From contig JBGSMV010000026.1 of the NCBI GenBank assembly GCA_041739995.1, positions 46,699 to 110,698 on the forward strand: a stretch of 64,000 nt of DNA. The letters are read 5' to 3'. A program made the translations under genes and the position numbers. How positions within the stretch are numbered: the stretch's first letter is position 1; every line of letters starts with the position of its first letter. The stretch is from Bdellovibrionota bacterium. GTDB taxonomy: Bacteria > Bdellovibrionota_C > UBA2361 > JBGSMV01. The notes beneath the pieces are model-generated. The model was given only the letters and a program-made list of their open reading frames with translations. It was not told where the DNA came from and did not search any database. Positions 55,384-64,000 of this stretch are shown in pieces.

Positions 55384-56151
55384 ATGGGAATGTTGCAGGG
55401 TAAAAAATTTCTTATTCTTGGAATCGCAAACGAGCGAAGTATCGCGTGGGCCATCGCGCAAGCGCTGCATGCAGCGGGCGCCGAGCTGTGCGTTACCTAT
55501 GTTGGTGATGCGATCGAAAAGCGCTTACGACCTTTAGCTGAAAGCCTGGGCTGTAAACACATACTTCCCTGCGATGTGCAGTCAGACCAGGACATCGACA
55601 CTCTTTTTGACGAACTTAAGGAGCGCTGGGGAACAATTGACGGCATCGTGCACTCAGTGGCATTTGCCGAAAAAGAAGATCTTCATGGTCGATTTTGCAA
55701 AACCAGTCGGCGTGGATTTGGGCTTGCTCTGGATGTCTCCGCGTATTCCTTGATTGCGCTTGCTGGTCGGGCAGAGCCGTTGATGCAGAATGGCGGCTCA
55801 ATTCTCACCATGTCATATCTTGGCGCAGAGCGAGTCGTGCCACACTATAATGTAATGGGCGTAGCTAAGGCTGCGCTTGAAAGTTCGGTGCGGTATTTAG
55901 CTTCTGATCTGGGAGCCAATGGAGTTCGGGTGAACGCGATTTCTGCGGGACCGATCAAGACACTTGCTGCAGCGGGCATTCCGCAGTTTCGAGATATGTT
56001 GGCTTCCTTCGCTGACAAGGCGCCACTTAAGCGCAATGTGACGGTTGAAGACGTTGCTCAAACCGCACTGTTTTTGCTAAGCCCTGGTGGGGCGGGGGTT
56101 ACCGGAGAAACCCTTTACGTAGACTGTGGCTTTAACATCATGGGCATGTAA
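55384..56151 (+). CDS. fabI: Enoyl-ACP reductase
   Basis: [39 protein letters not shown] before ATG 55384. Confidence 0.97.
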   Translation: MGMLQGKKFLILGIANERSIAWAIAQALHAAGAELCVTYVGDAIEKRLRPLAESLGCKHILPCDVQSDQDIDTLFDELKERWGTIDGIVHSVAFAEKEDLHGRFCKTSRRGFGLALDVSAYSLIALAGRAEPLMQNGGSILTMSYLGAERVVPHYNVMGVAKAALESSVRYLASDLGANGVRVNAISAGPIKTLAAAGIPQFRDMLASFADKAPLKRNVTVEDVAQTALFLLSPGGAGVTGETLYVDCGFNIMGM

Positions 56152-56190
56152 GCAGCTCCGGACAGAAGAGGCGCATAGTCTGAACTCAAA

Positions 56191-56544
56191 TTGGGCTCGA
56201 ACACTGTGACCAATACTGAAGACCTTGAGAAACTGACCCAACTTGCTACCGCGCTGCTTGCCACCTCCATTTCTGACGATGAAATTCCACTAATGGTGGA
56301 GAACTATGTTGCTGCCATCGATGCCTGGTTTAAACAGGTGGGCGACCAGCTCCCTCAGGTCCTGGCTGAGGGGCAGGGGGGTGAGTTTCTGGCGTTACAT
56401 GGGCGGGTGCTCCAGCATGCCCAGAGCGCCAGTCGTGACGTATCCTCTCAATTGCGGGGTCTGATGAAGCATGGGAAAGGTATCCTGGCGTATACGGATA
56501 CGATGCCCAAGCAGCTTGGGGTCAGCCGGCCACGTAAAGGGTAG
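56191..56544 (+). CDS. Small helical hypothetical protein
   Basis: 117 aa ORF co-oriented between fabI and lptE; start uncertain. Confidence 0.6.
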   Translation: MGSNTVTNTEDLEKLTQLATALLATSISDDEIPLMVENYVAAIDAWFKQVGDQLPQVLAEGQGGEFLALHGRVLQHAQSASRDVSSQLRGLMKHGKGILAYTDTMPKQLGVSRPRKG

Positions 56545-56660
56545 GGGCTAATGAAGTGGGCCGTTAATTTTCTGGCGCAAGGCCGGTTATTTAGCGAATC
56601 AGAATTAGAATATTTCTAGCAGTGCAATCTCTAACAGTGAATTTGTTCAAGGAGTATCGA

Positions 56661-57302
56661 ATGACAGTGTGTACTAGAGCTCAGCTTAACCGAAGTGCTG
56701 GAACCCTTGGCAAAGTACTCTCACTCGCAGTGCTTTTAACCTCACTGTTTGGCTGTGGGTATACACTTCAGGGTGGGGGCAGTGTGCTTCCACCGGACGT
56801 CAAGCGTGTATGGATTCCGAGAGTAGAGAACAGTACCCCAGAGGTTGCTCTTACTGAGCTTATGACCGAGGCGCTGCGCGATAGATTCGACCGCTTTGGA
56901 GTTGTGGAAATAACAGAGAGTATGAACGATGCCGACGCGGTGCTCAGAGCGCGTATTACCAAAGTACGGCGTGCGACTGGGAGCGTTGAGTCGAATACCG
57001 ACACGGTGCTTCAGAGAGATTTGTCCATTTTTATGGCTGCTGAGTTGCGACGAGTGTCAGGGCCGGTACTTTGGCGGAATTCCAATCTTGCGGTCACGAG
57101 AATCTATGGTGCTGAACAGAGCGTCGTCGTGACGTCTTCGCCAGATTTTGCTGGAGGAACCCTTGGAGCGTCTGCTCTTGATGATCTTGGAGAGCAGGGC
57201 TCTCGTGAAATTTCTCGTGGTCAGGAAGACGATGCCTTTGCGAATATGTCAGAAGAGCTCGCGGCGCTCGTCTATGATGGCGCAGTGTCTCCGGACTTTT
57301 AG
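56661..57302 (+). CDS. lptE: LptE-family LPS assembly lipoprotein
   Basis: Lipobox LFGC followed by GYTLQG, ADAVL motif; AAGGAG before ATG. Confidence 0.75.
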   Translation: MTVCTRAQLNRSAGTLGKVLSLAVLLTSLFGCGYTLQGGGSVLPPDVKRVWIPRVENSTPEVALTELMTEALRDRFDRFGVVEITESMNDADAVLRARITKVRRATGSVESNTDTVLQRDLSIFMAAELRRVSGPVLWRNSNLAVTRIYGAEQSVVVTSSPDFAGGTLGASALDDLGEQGSREISRGQEDDAFANMSEELAALVYDGAVSPDF

Positions 57303-57543
57303 TCTCTCTTGGTCATTGCCATCTGTATCGATAATCCAGGACTCGCTGCACCAGGTTAGGTTAGGTGGCTTGGGTCTGCGGGGCTTTTTCGCTTTACGCG
57401 ACACGAGGAGCACAGGAGCGAGCCTTCGAGCGTACTCGCGCTTTTTCGTCAGCGTACTCGCGCTTTTTATTGAATTCGGTCTGTGAAACGGAAATTACTT
57501 AGCACTTAGCTGACTACTTAGACTCCGTCTATTTAGACGCTGC

Positions 57544-57816
57544 CTACTTAGTCTTAGCCGACGCTGCAACTTTCGTCGCAAGGCGACTTACGCGACGAGC
57601 AGCAGTGCGCGGGTGAAGAATCCCCTTTGATGCGGCTTTTGCAATCAAGCGTTCGGTTGAACGAAGCTCTTCCTGAGCACCTTTGGCATCGCCGCCAGCA
57701 AGTTTCTCTTGAACTGATTTAACGGCGGTGCGGATCGTAGATTTTTGAGAACGATTTCGCTCGCGTCTCTTCAGACTTTGACGGTGACGCTTGATTGCTG
57801 ATTTATGGTTCGCCAT
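57544..57816 (-). CDS. rpsT: 30S ribosomal protein S20
   Basis: MANHKSAIKR, KGILH, AARRVSRL. Confidence 0.98.
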   Translation of the reverse strand: MANHKSAIKRHRQSLKRRERNRSQKSTIRTAVKSVQEKLAGGDAKGAQEELRSTERLIAKAASKGILHPRTAARRVSRLATKVAASAKTK

Positions 57817-57817
57817 G

Positions 57818-57868
57818 TGATTCCTTAACGAGATTGATTCCTTAACTAGATTGATTCCTTAACTAGAA
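57818..57868 (-). repeat. 17-bp tandem repeat, 3 copies, each containing the rpsT Shine-Dalgarno
   Basis: Units at 57818, 57835, 57852; minus strand reads GTTAAGGAATCA in each. Confidence 0.92.
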
Positions 57869-58191
57869 CATCGATACCCCAGTAACCCAGATCCAGTATC
57901 GATATGCTGCGATACATTTCGAGGGGCCAGTGCTTTCTGAGAGACCAGCGTCCTGAGAGACCAGTGCCTTCCGAGGGGATGCAGAGCCGCTCGAAGCTAT
58001 GCGTTTCTAAGGCCGGACCTTTCTAAATTCCGGCCTTCCTAGAGATCGCTGCTCATTAAGCTGCCTGAGAGCATAAGCCCCCCCAAGAGGCTGTGTTTTA
58101 TCAGTATGCCGACAAGTATTCAACGGATGGGGCCTAATAAGCCCTAGAAGACGTGATTTAGCCTAGGAGTCGGTGGCTGCGTCACAGACTC

Positions 58192-58731
58192 CTAGGATTT
58201 TGGTTTGCGTCCCAAGAGGCGCTCCACCTGCTTGGGGAAAAACTCGTCGCTCCAGGCCAATGTAGCCCCCGTCTGACCTTGATAATGGCCCCTTCCGCCC
58301 TCGCCATAGGCTATCTCAGGGGGGCTCTCCATCTGGAGAAAAACGAGCTGGGCGACGCGCATTCCTGCACTTAAGACCCGGGGGTAGGGGCCTAGGTTCT
58401 GAAGCTCCAGGGTGACCTGACCGCTAAAACCGCAGTCAATAAAGCCGCTGAGGCTGTGGTTGAGCCAAAGGCGTCCAAGAGAGCTCTTAAGCTTCAGGTC
58501 ACAGACAACGTCCCTCGGCATCTTCAAATACTCGCGTGTTGAGGCGAGAATCACTTCGCCCGGAAACAAGGTAAAGGAAGGGCCTTTAATCTCCTCGGGC
58601 TGCCGGGTAGGGCATATCCAGTGATCGGCAAGGGTGACATCGTAGCTGGCGGGGTTAATCTGTTCGGGCTCGAAAGGTAAAATCCCGCCTGATTCAGCGA
58701 ATTGTCGTATCCAATGGTCGGGCTTTATCAT
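58192..58731 (-). CDS. dcd: dCTP deaminase
   Basis: INPASYD, KSSLGR, IDCGFSGQVTLE, YQGQTG. Confidence 0.9.
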   Translation of the reverse strand: MIKPDHWIRQFAESGGILPFEPEQINPASYDVTLADHWICPTRQPEEIKGPSFTLFPGEVILASTREYLKMPRDVVCDLKLKSSLGRLWLNHSLSGFIDCGFSGQVTLELQNLGPYPRVLSAGMRVAQLVFLQMESPPEIAYGEGGRGHYQGQTGATLAWSDEFFPKQVERLLGRKPKS

Positions 58732-58765
58732 AGTCCAAGGGATACCACAGTTTCATGGCGTTTCA

Positions 58766-60328
58766 ATGGCTGACAGTTCTACGAAAAAGACCGTGCGTAA
58801 CGAAAGCGAATCAGGGTTGAGCGATCAAGGGCCTATGTTTTCGCAGGTGCTCATTCTTGAGGATGACCCGGCGCATGCCCATTTAGTAAAGCGCGCGTTG
58901 AAGGGTCTTTGCGAGCACATCGAGCACCGCGAAACCCTCGCTGCTGCGGTTGAGCAGGCAGTGCGACAGGCTCCCGACCTTATTGTCACCGACCTGAATG
59001 TGCCGGATGGCGGACCCGGCATTACCGTAGCGCGCTTGCGTGAGGTTGCCCCGACGGTGCCCCTTGTAGTTCTGACCTCATCCAATTCTCTGCGCGATGC
59101 GGTGGAAGTCATGCGAGTCGGTGCGGATGACTTCGTGGTGAAGGACTTCGACAGCGACTTTAGAGAAGTGCTCGGGTTTACGCTGCGACGCCTCAAAGAT
59201 AGAGCTCTGTTACAGGCGACAAAGCTTAAGTTGGAGCGCGAGATGCAGGCGCTGCGTGCCGCGATTGAGAGCGGAGCCGATGGACTTGCGGTTGCCGACT
59301 CTGAAGGCAATGTGACGTATGCAAATTCAGCCTTTCTGGACTACACCAAAAGAATGGGTGGAGACGCTTCGTCACTGCTTCGACTACTCGGTCAATCCGT
59401 CCAGCAACGAGAGCGTGTGCAGCGCGCACTGGAGGAAAAAGTGGGATCTCTTGCGGTGGGCGGTGTTTGGAATACGGAAGTATTAATTGTAGAAGGGGAG
59501 CATGGCGCCTTTGACTTGAGTGTCTCGGCGGTGCGCGATGAGGTGCCGGTAGGGAGTCGGCGCCGTTTCGTGGCATGGATGCGAGATATTCAAGAACGGA
59601 AGCGCCGCGAGAAATTCCAGCGCGATATTTTGTCGACCACCACTCACGATCTAAAAGGCCCGCTTGGAGCGATCATGCTCTCGTCCGAATTATTGGTAGA
59701 GGGAAGGCTGTCTGCCGATAAGTCAAAGGAGCTTGCGCTTCGCATTGGATCTTCTGCCCAAGCAGCGGTGACATTGATAGATGAATTTTTAAGCGCACGT
59801 CGGATTCAAGAAGGCGCGTTTGTCCTGAAGCCGCAGTTAGTCAATATCGTCGCTTCAACGAACAACGTGGCGGAAACTTTCTCGACCATGGCACTCGCTA
59901 AACGCATTGCTGTGGAGGTTCGAATCTCTGCACACTCACTTGAGTGGCAAGTGGACCGGCTTGGTTTTGAGCGTATGCTGGGAAATCTACTGAGCAATGC
60001 GATAAAATTCACACCGAAAGAAGGCAAGATTCTGATTGAAGTGGGGGTCGAAGATGGTCGCCTACACGCCAAAGTGACAGACAGTGGTTCGGGAATCGAG
60101 CCTTCCGAAGTTGCACGATTGTTCCAGCGCTTTTCCCGTCTCGCTAAGCATGGCGATATCCCTGGTACGGGGCTCGGTCTTTTCGTAGTGAAGAACGTCG
60201 TGGGCGCTCATGGCGGGACTGTAGATGTCACGAGCCAATTGGGGCAGGGCACCTGTTTCGATGTGACCTTTCCTAAAGAGCCACCGGTTAACGAGCGAGG
60301 GGAACTTATTGCCCTGGACTTCGCCTAA
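58766..60328 (+). CDS. Hybrid sensor kinase (REC-PAS-HisKA-HATPase)
   Basis: LEDD/TDLNVP receiver, THDLKGPL, NLLSNAIKF, DSGSGI, GTGLGL. Confidence 0.92.
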   Translation: MADSSTKKTVRNESESGLSDQGPMFSQVLILEDDPAHAHLVKRALKGLCEHIEHRETLAAAVEQAVRQAPDLIVTDLNVPDGGPGITVARLREVAPTVPLVVLTSSNSLRDAVEVMRVGADDFVVKDFDSDFREVLGFTLRRLKDRALLQATKLKLEREMQALRAAIESGADGLAVADSEGNVTYANSAFLDYTKRMGGDASSLLRLLGQSVQQRERVQRALEEKVGSLAVGGVWNTEVLIVEGEHGAFDLSVSAVRDEVPVGSRRRFVAWMRDIQERKRREKFQRDILSTTTHDLKGPLGAIMLSSELLVEGRLSADKSKELALRIGSSAQAAVTLIDEFLSARRIQEGAFVLKPQLVNIVASTNNVAETFSTMALAKRIAVEVRISAHSLEWQVDRLGFERMLGNLLSNAIKFTPKEGKILIEVGVEDGRLHAKVTDSGSGIEPSEVARLFQRFSRLAKHGDIPGTGLGLFVVKNVVGAHGGTVDVTSQLGQGTCFDVTFPKEPPVNERGELIALDFA

Positions 60329-60483
60329 GGCGATTATAAGGGGTAGTAATGGCGATTTACCGCGAAGCGGGGACGCGCTATAGGTCATGACGACTTCGTA
60401 CGAATCTGCCTGGCTGTGTTTTCCTAGAAGAGTTTCCCCAGCAGTGTTTTGTTGATGGATTGAAGAAAGAGAAAGGTATCCGC

Positions 60484-60993
60484 ATGAACATTCTTCGTAG
60501 CTATAGATCCCTCGTCTGCGCCAGTGTGATGGTGCTTTCAGTAACTGTTTCGGGATGTCTTCCTCGAGGTGAAACTTCTTCGTTAGACGAGGTTTTTAAT
60601 ATGGCACGTAATCGCTTCCAGGTTGCGTTTGAAGCAACCGGATCTCAAGCGTCAGCTTCGCAGGGCGATGCCGCTGCGGCAGGAGCTATGAGTGTATCAG
60701 CACGCGCGAATCTCGATCGAGTGGTCAAGGAGCTTGACGTGTTTCTACGCGATACGACAGTAACCGGTAAGGTTACCGCCGCTGGAAATATTCATGAGGC
60801 TCTTTCGCAGCTCACCACCTCCGCAGGGTATACCTCACGTCCTTCGCTTTCTGAGGTGAGCAGTCAATATGCAGCACTTGCAGAGCGTATGGAGAGCGCA
60901 GGGGTGATAGACGCGAGCACCGCCAAGCAGGCAGCTATGCGCGCTTACACTGTGCTTGCGAGTGAGCTAGAGACTACGAAGTTTTCGCTCTAA
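60484..60993 (+). CDS. Hypothetical lipoprotein
   Basis: Signal peptide with lipobox VSGC. Confidence 0.65.
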   Translation: MNILRSYRSLVCASVMVLSVTVSGCLPRGETSSLDEVFNMARNRFQVAFEATGSQASASQGDAAAAGAMSVSARANLDRVVKELDVFLRDTTVTGKVTAAGNIHEALSQLTTSAGYTSRPSLSEVSSQYAALAERMESAGVIDASTAKQAAMRAYTVLASELETTKFSL

Positions 60994-61200
60994 GCGTTTG
61001 ATCTTTGTGCGCGAATTCAACACGCGCGAGCTGCACCTCGCGGCCTGAATCGTTTTAGGCGGTTACCGAGGGAACCGTAGTTCCTTTGAGAAATTCTGCG
61101 CTATTGCTATCCTCAACCACTGAGAAGCCTGAGAAGACGGGGGACAAACTCGGAGGCTTCCGCCAAGGTAACCACACGCGAAGGTATTTCAGCGAGGCGC

Positions 61201-61788
61201 ATGAAGATTTTCTTACGTATTCTCTTGGGCATCACCATTTCGATCTCTGGCGCCTATCCTCTCGGTGTCCTGCATGCGGACGAGGGCAGCACTCTTTTTA
61301 AACTTTCAGTTCCGAGCATTGAGGGTGAGAACGTTGACCTCAGTGAGTTTGAGGGCCAGGTGCTGCTTATAGTGAACACGGCCTCTAAATGTGGTTTCAC
61401 AAGTCAATATGGTGACCTACAAAAACTTTACGAGAAGTACCACGCGCAAGGCTTCACAGTACTGGGTTTCCCAAGCAATGACTTTGCCGAACAAGAGCCT
61501 GGATCTGACGAGCAAATTCGTGAGTTTTGCCGGACGCGCTACGGAGTAACTTTTCCGATGTTCTGCCGAAGCGAGGTGTCTGGTGAAAATAAAAATCCGG
61601 TATTTCAATTTTTGACCGAGGAAAGCGGCAATGACTTCAGTGGCGAAATTGAGTGGAACTTCGAGAAGTTCCTAGTTGATCAGCACGGTATTGTTCGAGC
61701 GCGCTTCGGTTCCTTTACCAATCCGATGAGCACCAGTGTCGTTTCTAAGATCGAAGAACTCCTGTCTCCCAAGGCTGATGAGAAATAG
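61201..61788 (+). CDS. Glutathione peroxidase family protein (Cys type), probably exported
   Basis: VNTASKCGFT, GFPSNDF, WNFEKFL; N-terminal signal-like segment. Confidence 0.93.
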   Translation: MKIFLRILLGITISISGAYPLGVLHADEGSTLFKLSVPSIEGENVDLSEFEGQVLLIVNTASKCGFTSQYGDLQKLYEKYHAQGFTVLGFPSNDFAEQEPGSDEQIREFCRTRYGVTFPMFCRSEVSGENKNPVFQFLTEESGNDFSGEIEWNFEKFLVDQHGIVRARFGSFTNPMSTSVVSKIEELLSPKADEK

Positions 61789-61797
61789 AGGCGTCTC

Positions 61798-62664
61798 ATG
61801 AGAGGCCAGGTGTGTATGCCAAAAAATAGCCGGGTTGCGAAGAGAGTTTTTCACAACCCTGCGGTGGTGCTTTTAGTTGGAGTGATGCTCTTCTTGGGTG
61901 GCTGCTTTGTAATCAAAGCCCGCCCGATTGATGCGACCGCTTTTTTGCCGCACGGGGCTGAGCTAATCGACATGCCTGAACGAGCACCTTTTAATGGCAT
62001 TTTTGTGCCAGACTCTAAGCGTTTTGATGCAGTGGTGGAGATGCACCGAAAAGTTGTGATTCTCCCGGTCGACACTGAATATGCTTCTCAGCGAATTGTC
62101 GACGGTGACCTCCCCGACGCATTCAAGCAGCGGCGACTTGAAGAGCTAGAAGAAATGGGAAGGTATTTTCAAGCGCGAGTGCGTCAGACCTTGGAGGATT
62201 ACCGCCGCCCCGATGTCGACGAAGAAATTCTTGCAAGCGGTAGTGCAGGTGCTACCACGGATTCTGACACCACCCCCTACTTCATGTTAGCTGACGAAGT
62301 CAGCGCAGACTCTGTGGTCTTAGAACTTGCCCTAGTAGAAGTGCAGCCCACCAACCCAGGGATAAATATAGTGGGCACCATTGGTGGGTTTCTACTACCA
62401 GGAGGCGGAATTATTAAGTTGTTAGGAACAGGGAGTGTTGCGATAGAGGGCAGGATCCGAGACGGAGAGAGTGGAGAAGTCTTTTTTGAGTTTAAAGATC
62501 GAGAAATTGATAAGGCCTCAGCATTCTCTGTAAAGGACTTTCAGATGTACGCGCATGCTCGTCGAACAATTGACGAATGGGCCGGACAGATTGCTGAGAT
62601 CCTTTCAACCGGCTCTGATCAACAAGTTAATGACGCGCTGCCGTTTTCCTTGAACCCGCTCTAG
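61798..62664 (+). CDS. Lipoprotein, DUF3313-like
   Basis: Lipobox LGGC; GSVAIEGRIRDGESGE and ID.WA motifs resemble DUF3313. Confidence 0.65.
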   Translation: MRGQVCMPKNSRVAKRVFHNPAVVLLVGVMLFLGGCFVIKARPIDATAFLPHGAELIDMPERAPFNGIFVPDSKRFDAVVEMHRKVVILPVDTEYASQRIVDGDLPDAFKQRRLEELEEMGRYFQARVRQTLEDYRRPDVDEEILASGSAGATTDSDTTPYFMLADEVSADSVVLELALVEVQPTNPGINIVGTIGGFLLPGGGIIKLLGTGSVAIEGRIRDGESGEVFFEFKDREIDKASAFSVKDFQMYAHARRTIDEWAGQIAEILSTGSDQQVNDALPFSLNPL

Positions 62665-62844
62665 AGCAGGCTGGTGAAAAGTGCCCTCCTTGGCACTTTT
62701 TCACTCGCTCCAAGCTCCTTTCGCGCGAGGAGCGGCGCGAAATCCGCGTCGCTTCGCGTACTTACGCTTTGCTCCAGTCCGCGGTCGGACATCTTGTCCT
62801 CCCTATCAGGGTTGTGAAATGAGTTTTTCACAACCCTGATAGGG
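62664..62844. mobile_element. MITE-like repeat, copy 2, ending in a 19-bp perfect inverted repeat
   Basis: Matches 12821-12963; left CAGGCTGGTGAAAA resembles inverted right TTTTTCACAACCCTG; hairpin 62801-62819 / 62826-62844. Confidence 0.65.
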
Positions 62845-62873
62845 GTCTCGGTGTTTAGTCGAAGGAGCGTCTG

Positions 62874-63611
62874 CTAGGAGGTCAGCCGCTCGTTGAAACG
62901 AGCAATGTCGAGTTTTGCCGCAATCTCACTGAGGACTTCCGCGTGCTTAAGCGAGGGGGTTTGTATATTAACCAGGGAGCCGCGATCGCCTTTGATAACC
63001 AAGGAGCACGCGCCGTCTTCATGCTCGTAGTACATGGCAGCGACCTCGCCGATTTGAACCGGTTTAGAATATAATATTTTTAGCTGAGGGGGCTCTAAAG
63101 CGACGAAGGCAGTGACCAAACCAACCTCGATGGTATCTTTAAATTTAGGGTGAGGCACTCTGGCGCTGATCTCTATACGCCCGAGGTCTTCAGTGAGGAG
63201 CGCCCGGCTTGCCACCACATACTCTGGATATCGGTGTGACTCGACTGCGCCGAGAGTAAGCCCGAGACTTCCCACCCCGAGCCAGTCGAGGAGTAGGGCA
63301 GCGCCTTTCGGGTTACTAAAAATACTATAAAAGCTCGATCCGGGAGTCAGCCACTTTGCTGAATACAGCCCATTCTTTCCACGAGTCGGGCGATCGATTC
63401 GTTTATATGCGGGGGACTCCATTACATCAGAAAGCGGGTCGGCGTATCCGTGTGGTGCCAGTAAAAAAAGGGCGGAGAAGGCGAGCGCAAGACTCACTAA
63501 GTATCTATTGAAAACGAAACTCACTTTGTTGTTGCGCATTGGAGATGAATCCATCGCTGGCGAGCCGCACTTTGAAGCGAACAGTTGAACTGGTCTACCG
63601 GCATGGATCAT
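62874..63611 (-). CDS. Hypothetical exported protein
   Basis: 245 aa ORF; signal-like segment follows the alternative ATG at 63539. Confidence 0.65.
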   Translation of the reverse strand: MIHAGRPVQLFASKCGSPAMDSSPMRNNKVSFVFNRYLVSLALAFSALFLLAPHGYADPLSDVMESPAYKRIDRPTRGKNGLYSAKWLTPGSSFYSIFSNPKGAALLLDWLGVGSLGLTLGAVESHRYPEYVVASRALLTEDLGRIEISARVPHPKFKDTIEVGLVTAFVALEPPQLKILYSKPVQIGEVAAMYYEHEDGACSLVIKGDRGSLVNIQTPSLKHAEVLSEIAAKLDIARFNERLTS

Positions 63612-63835
63612 AGCGGAGCCTCTGGGATCGTTGGAGCGTCTGAAGAGGGACTCTTATCAGTATAGCTTGAATGGGGAGTTAGGAAAACGCTCCCTATGTT
63701 CATCTCGCTAGCGGGGATCTTTCGAGCGTAAGTTCGTCGTGCGAGCAGGGTATTATGAACGCAATGTGGACAGTGAAGCCCCCGGACTTTCTGCTGCGGA
63801 AGCTAGGGGTCGTGACGCAGCCCTGTTTATTTAGG

Positions 63836-63863
63836 TCCGCCTTCGCTTCCTCGTTCGCGAAGG
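63836..63863. repeat. REP-like palindrome, interrupted copy
   Basis: 24-bp exact inverted match to 48321-48344; similarity stops at the IS end. Confidence 0.75.
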
Positions 63864-64000
63864 AGGCTGTCCGAAAAGTCTGCAGACGAGGGGGATCGAA
63901 GGATATCCTGAGAAGGTGTAGACATGTGGGATGGGAAATCAGAAGTTCCGTGAGCCTGAGTCTAGAAGTCAACTGACGCTATTGCCGCGAAGTATTGAGG
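63863..64000 (+). mobile_element. Left end of an IS1182-family element, truncated by the window
   Basis: GAGGCTGTCCGAAAAGTC terminus; ATG 63931 gives MGNQKFREPESRSQLTLLPRSIE, like the R.Q..LLP.S(I/L)(D/E) N-terminus of IS1182 transposases. Confidence 0.65.

Noticed and set aside
61201..61788. Selenocysteine glutathione peroxidase
   Set aside because: Active-site codon is TGT (Cys)
63648..63800. SAM-I riboswitch (CTCTTATC) or RNase P RNA (GAAAGTCC on minus strand)
   Set aside because: Only isolated short matches; remaining consensus elements are absent
63700..63976. Track ORFs 63700-63972 and 63755-63976
   Set aside because: They run across the REP and IS end; the credible frame starts at 63931

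Overview
Bacterial chromosome segment, apparently from a delta-proteobacterium in the broad sense (Bdellovibrionota/Myxococcota-like; inferred from RpoB/RpoC and r-protein sequences and LptE, not tested). About 17.7-54.9 kb is the secE-nusG-rplKAJL-rpoBC-str-S10-spc-alpha cluster, with long, hairpin- and repeat-rich spacers, several extended r-proteins, no map/infA/tufB/rpmG, and an EF-Tu with a non-canonical switch I. The left part holds a tandem Lrp regulator, two large paralogous membrane proteins of unknown function, a decayed patch (DegT pseudogene, IS3 end, M23 fragment), rocD, a TPP riboswitch-controlled TonB receptor, a saccharopine dehydrogenase-like gene, five rearranged tRNA genes, an aspartyl protease pair and rlmI. 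The right part holds fabI, lptE, rpsT, dcd, a hybrid kinase, lipoproteins, a glutathione peroxidase and the start of an IS1182-like element inserted in a REP-like palindrome. Most notable: tRNA-Trp and tRNA-Thr(TGT) each have an upstream element made of a sense copy and an antisense copy of their own anticodon arm, around shared GCGAG/CGAGC hairpins. All calls are by eye from motifs; no database searches were run.
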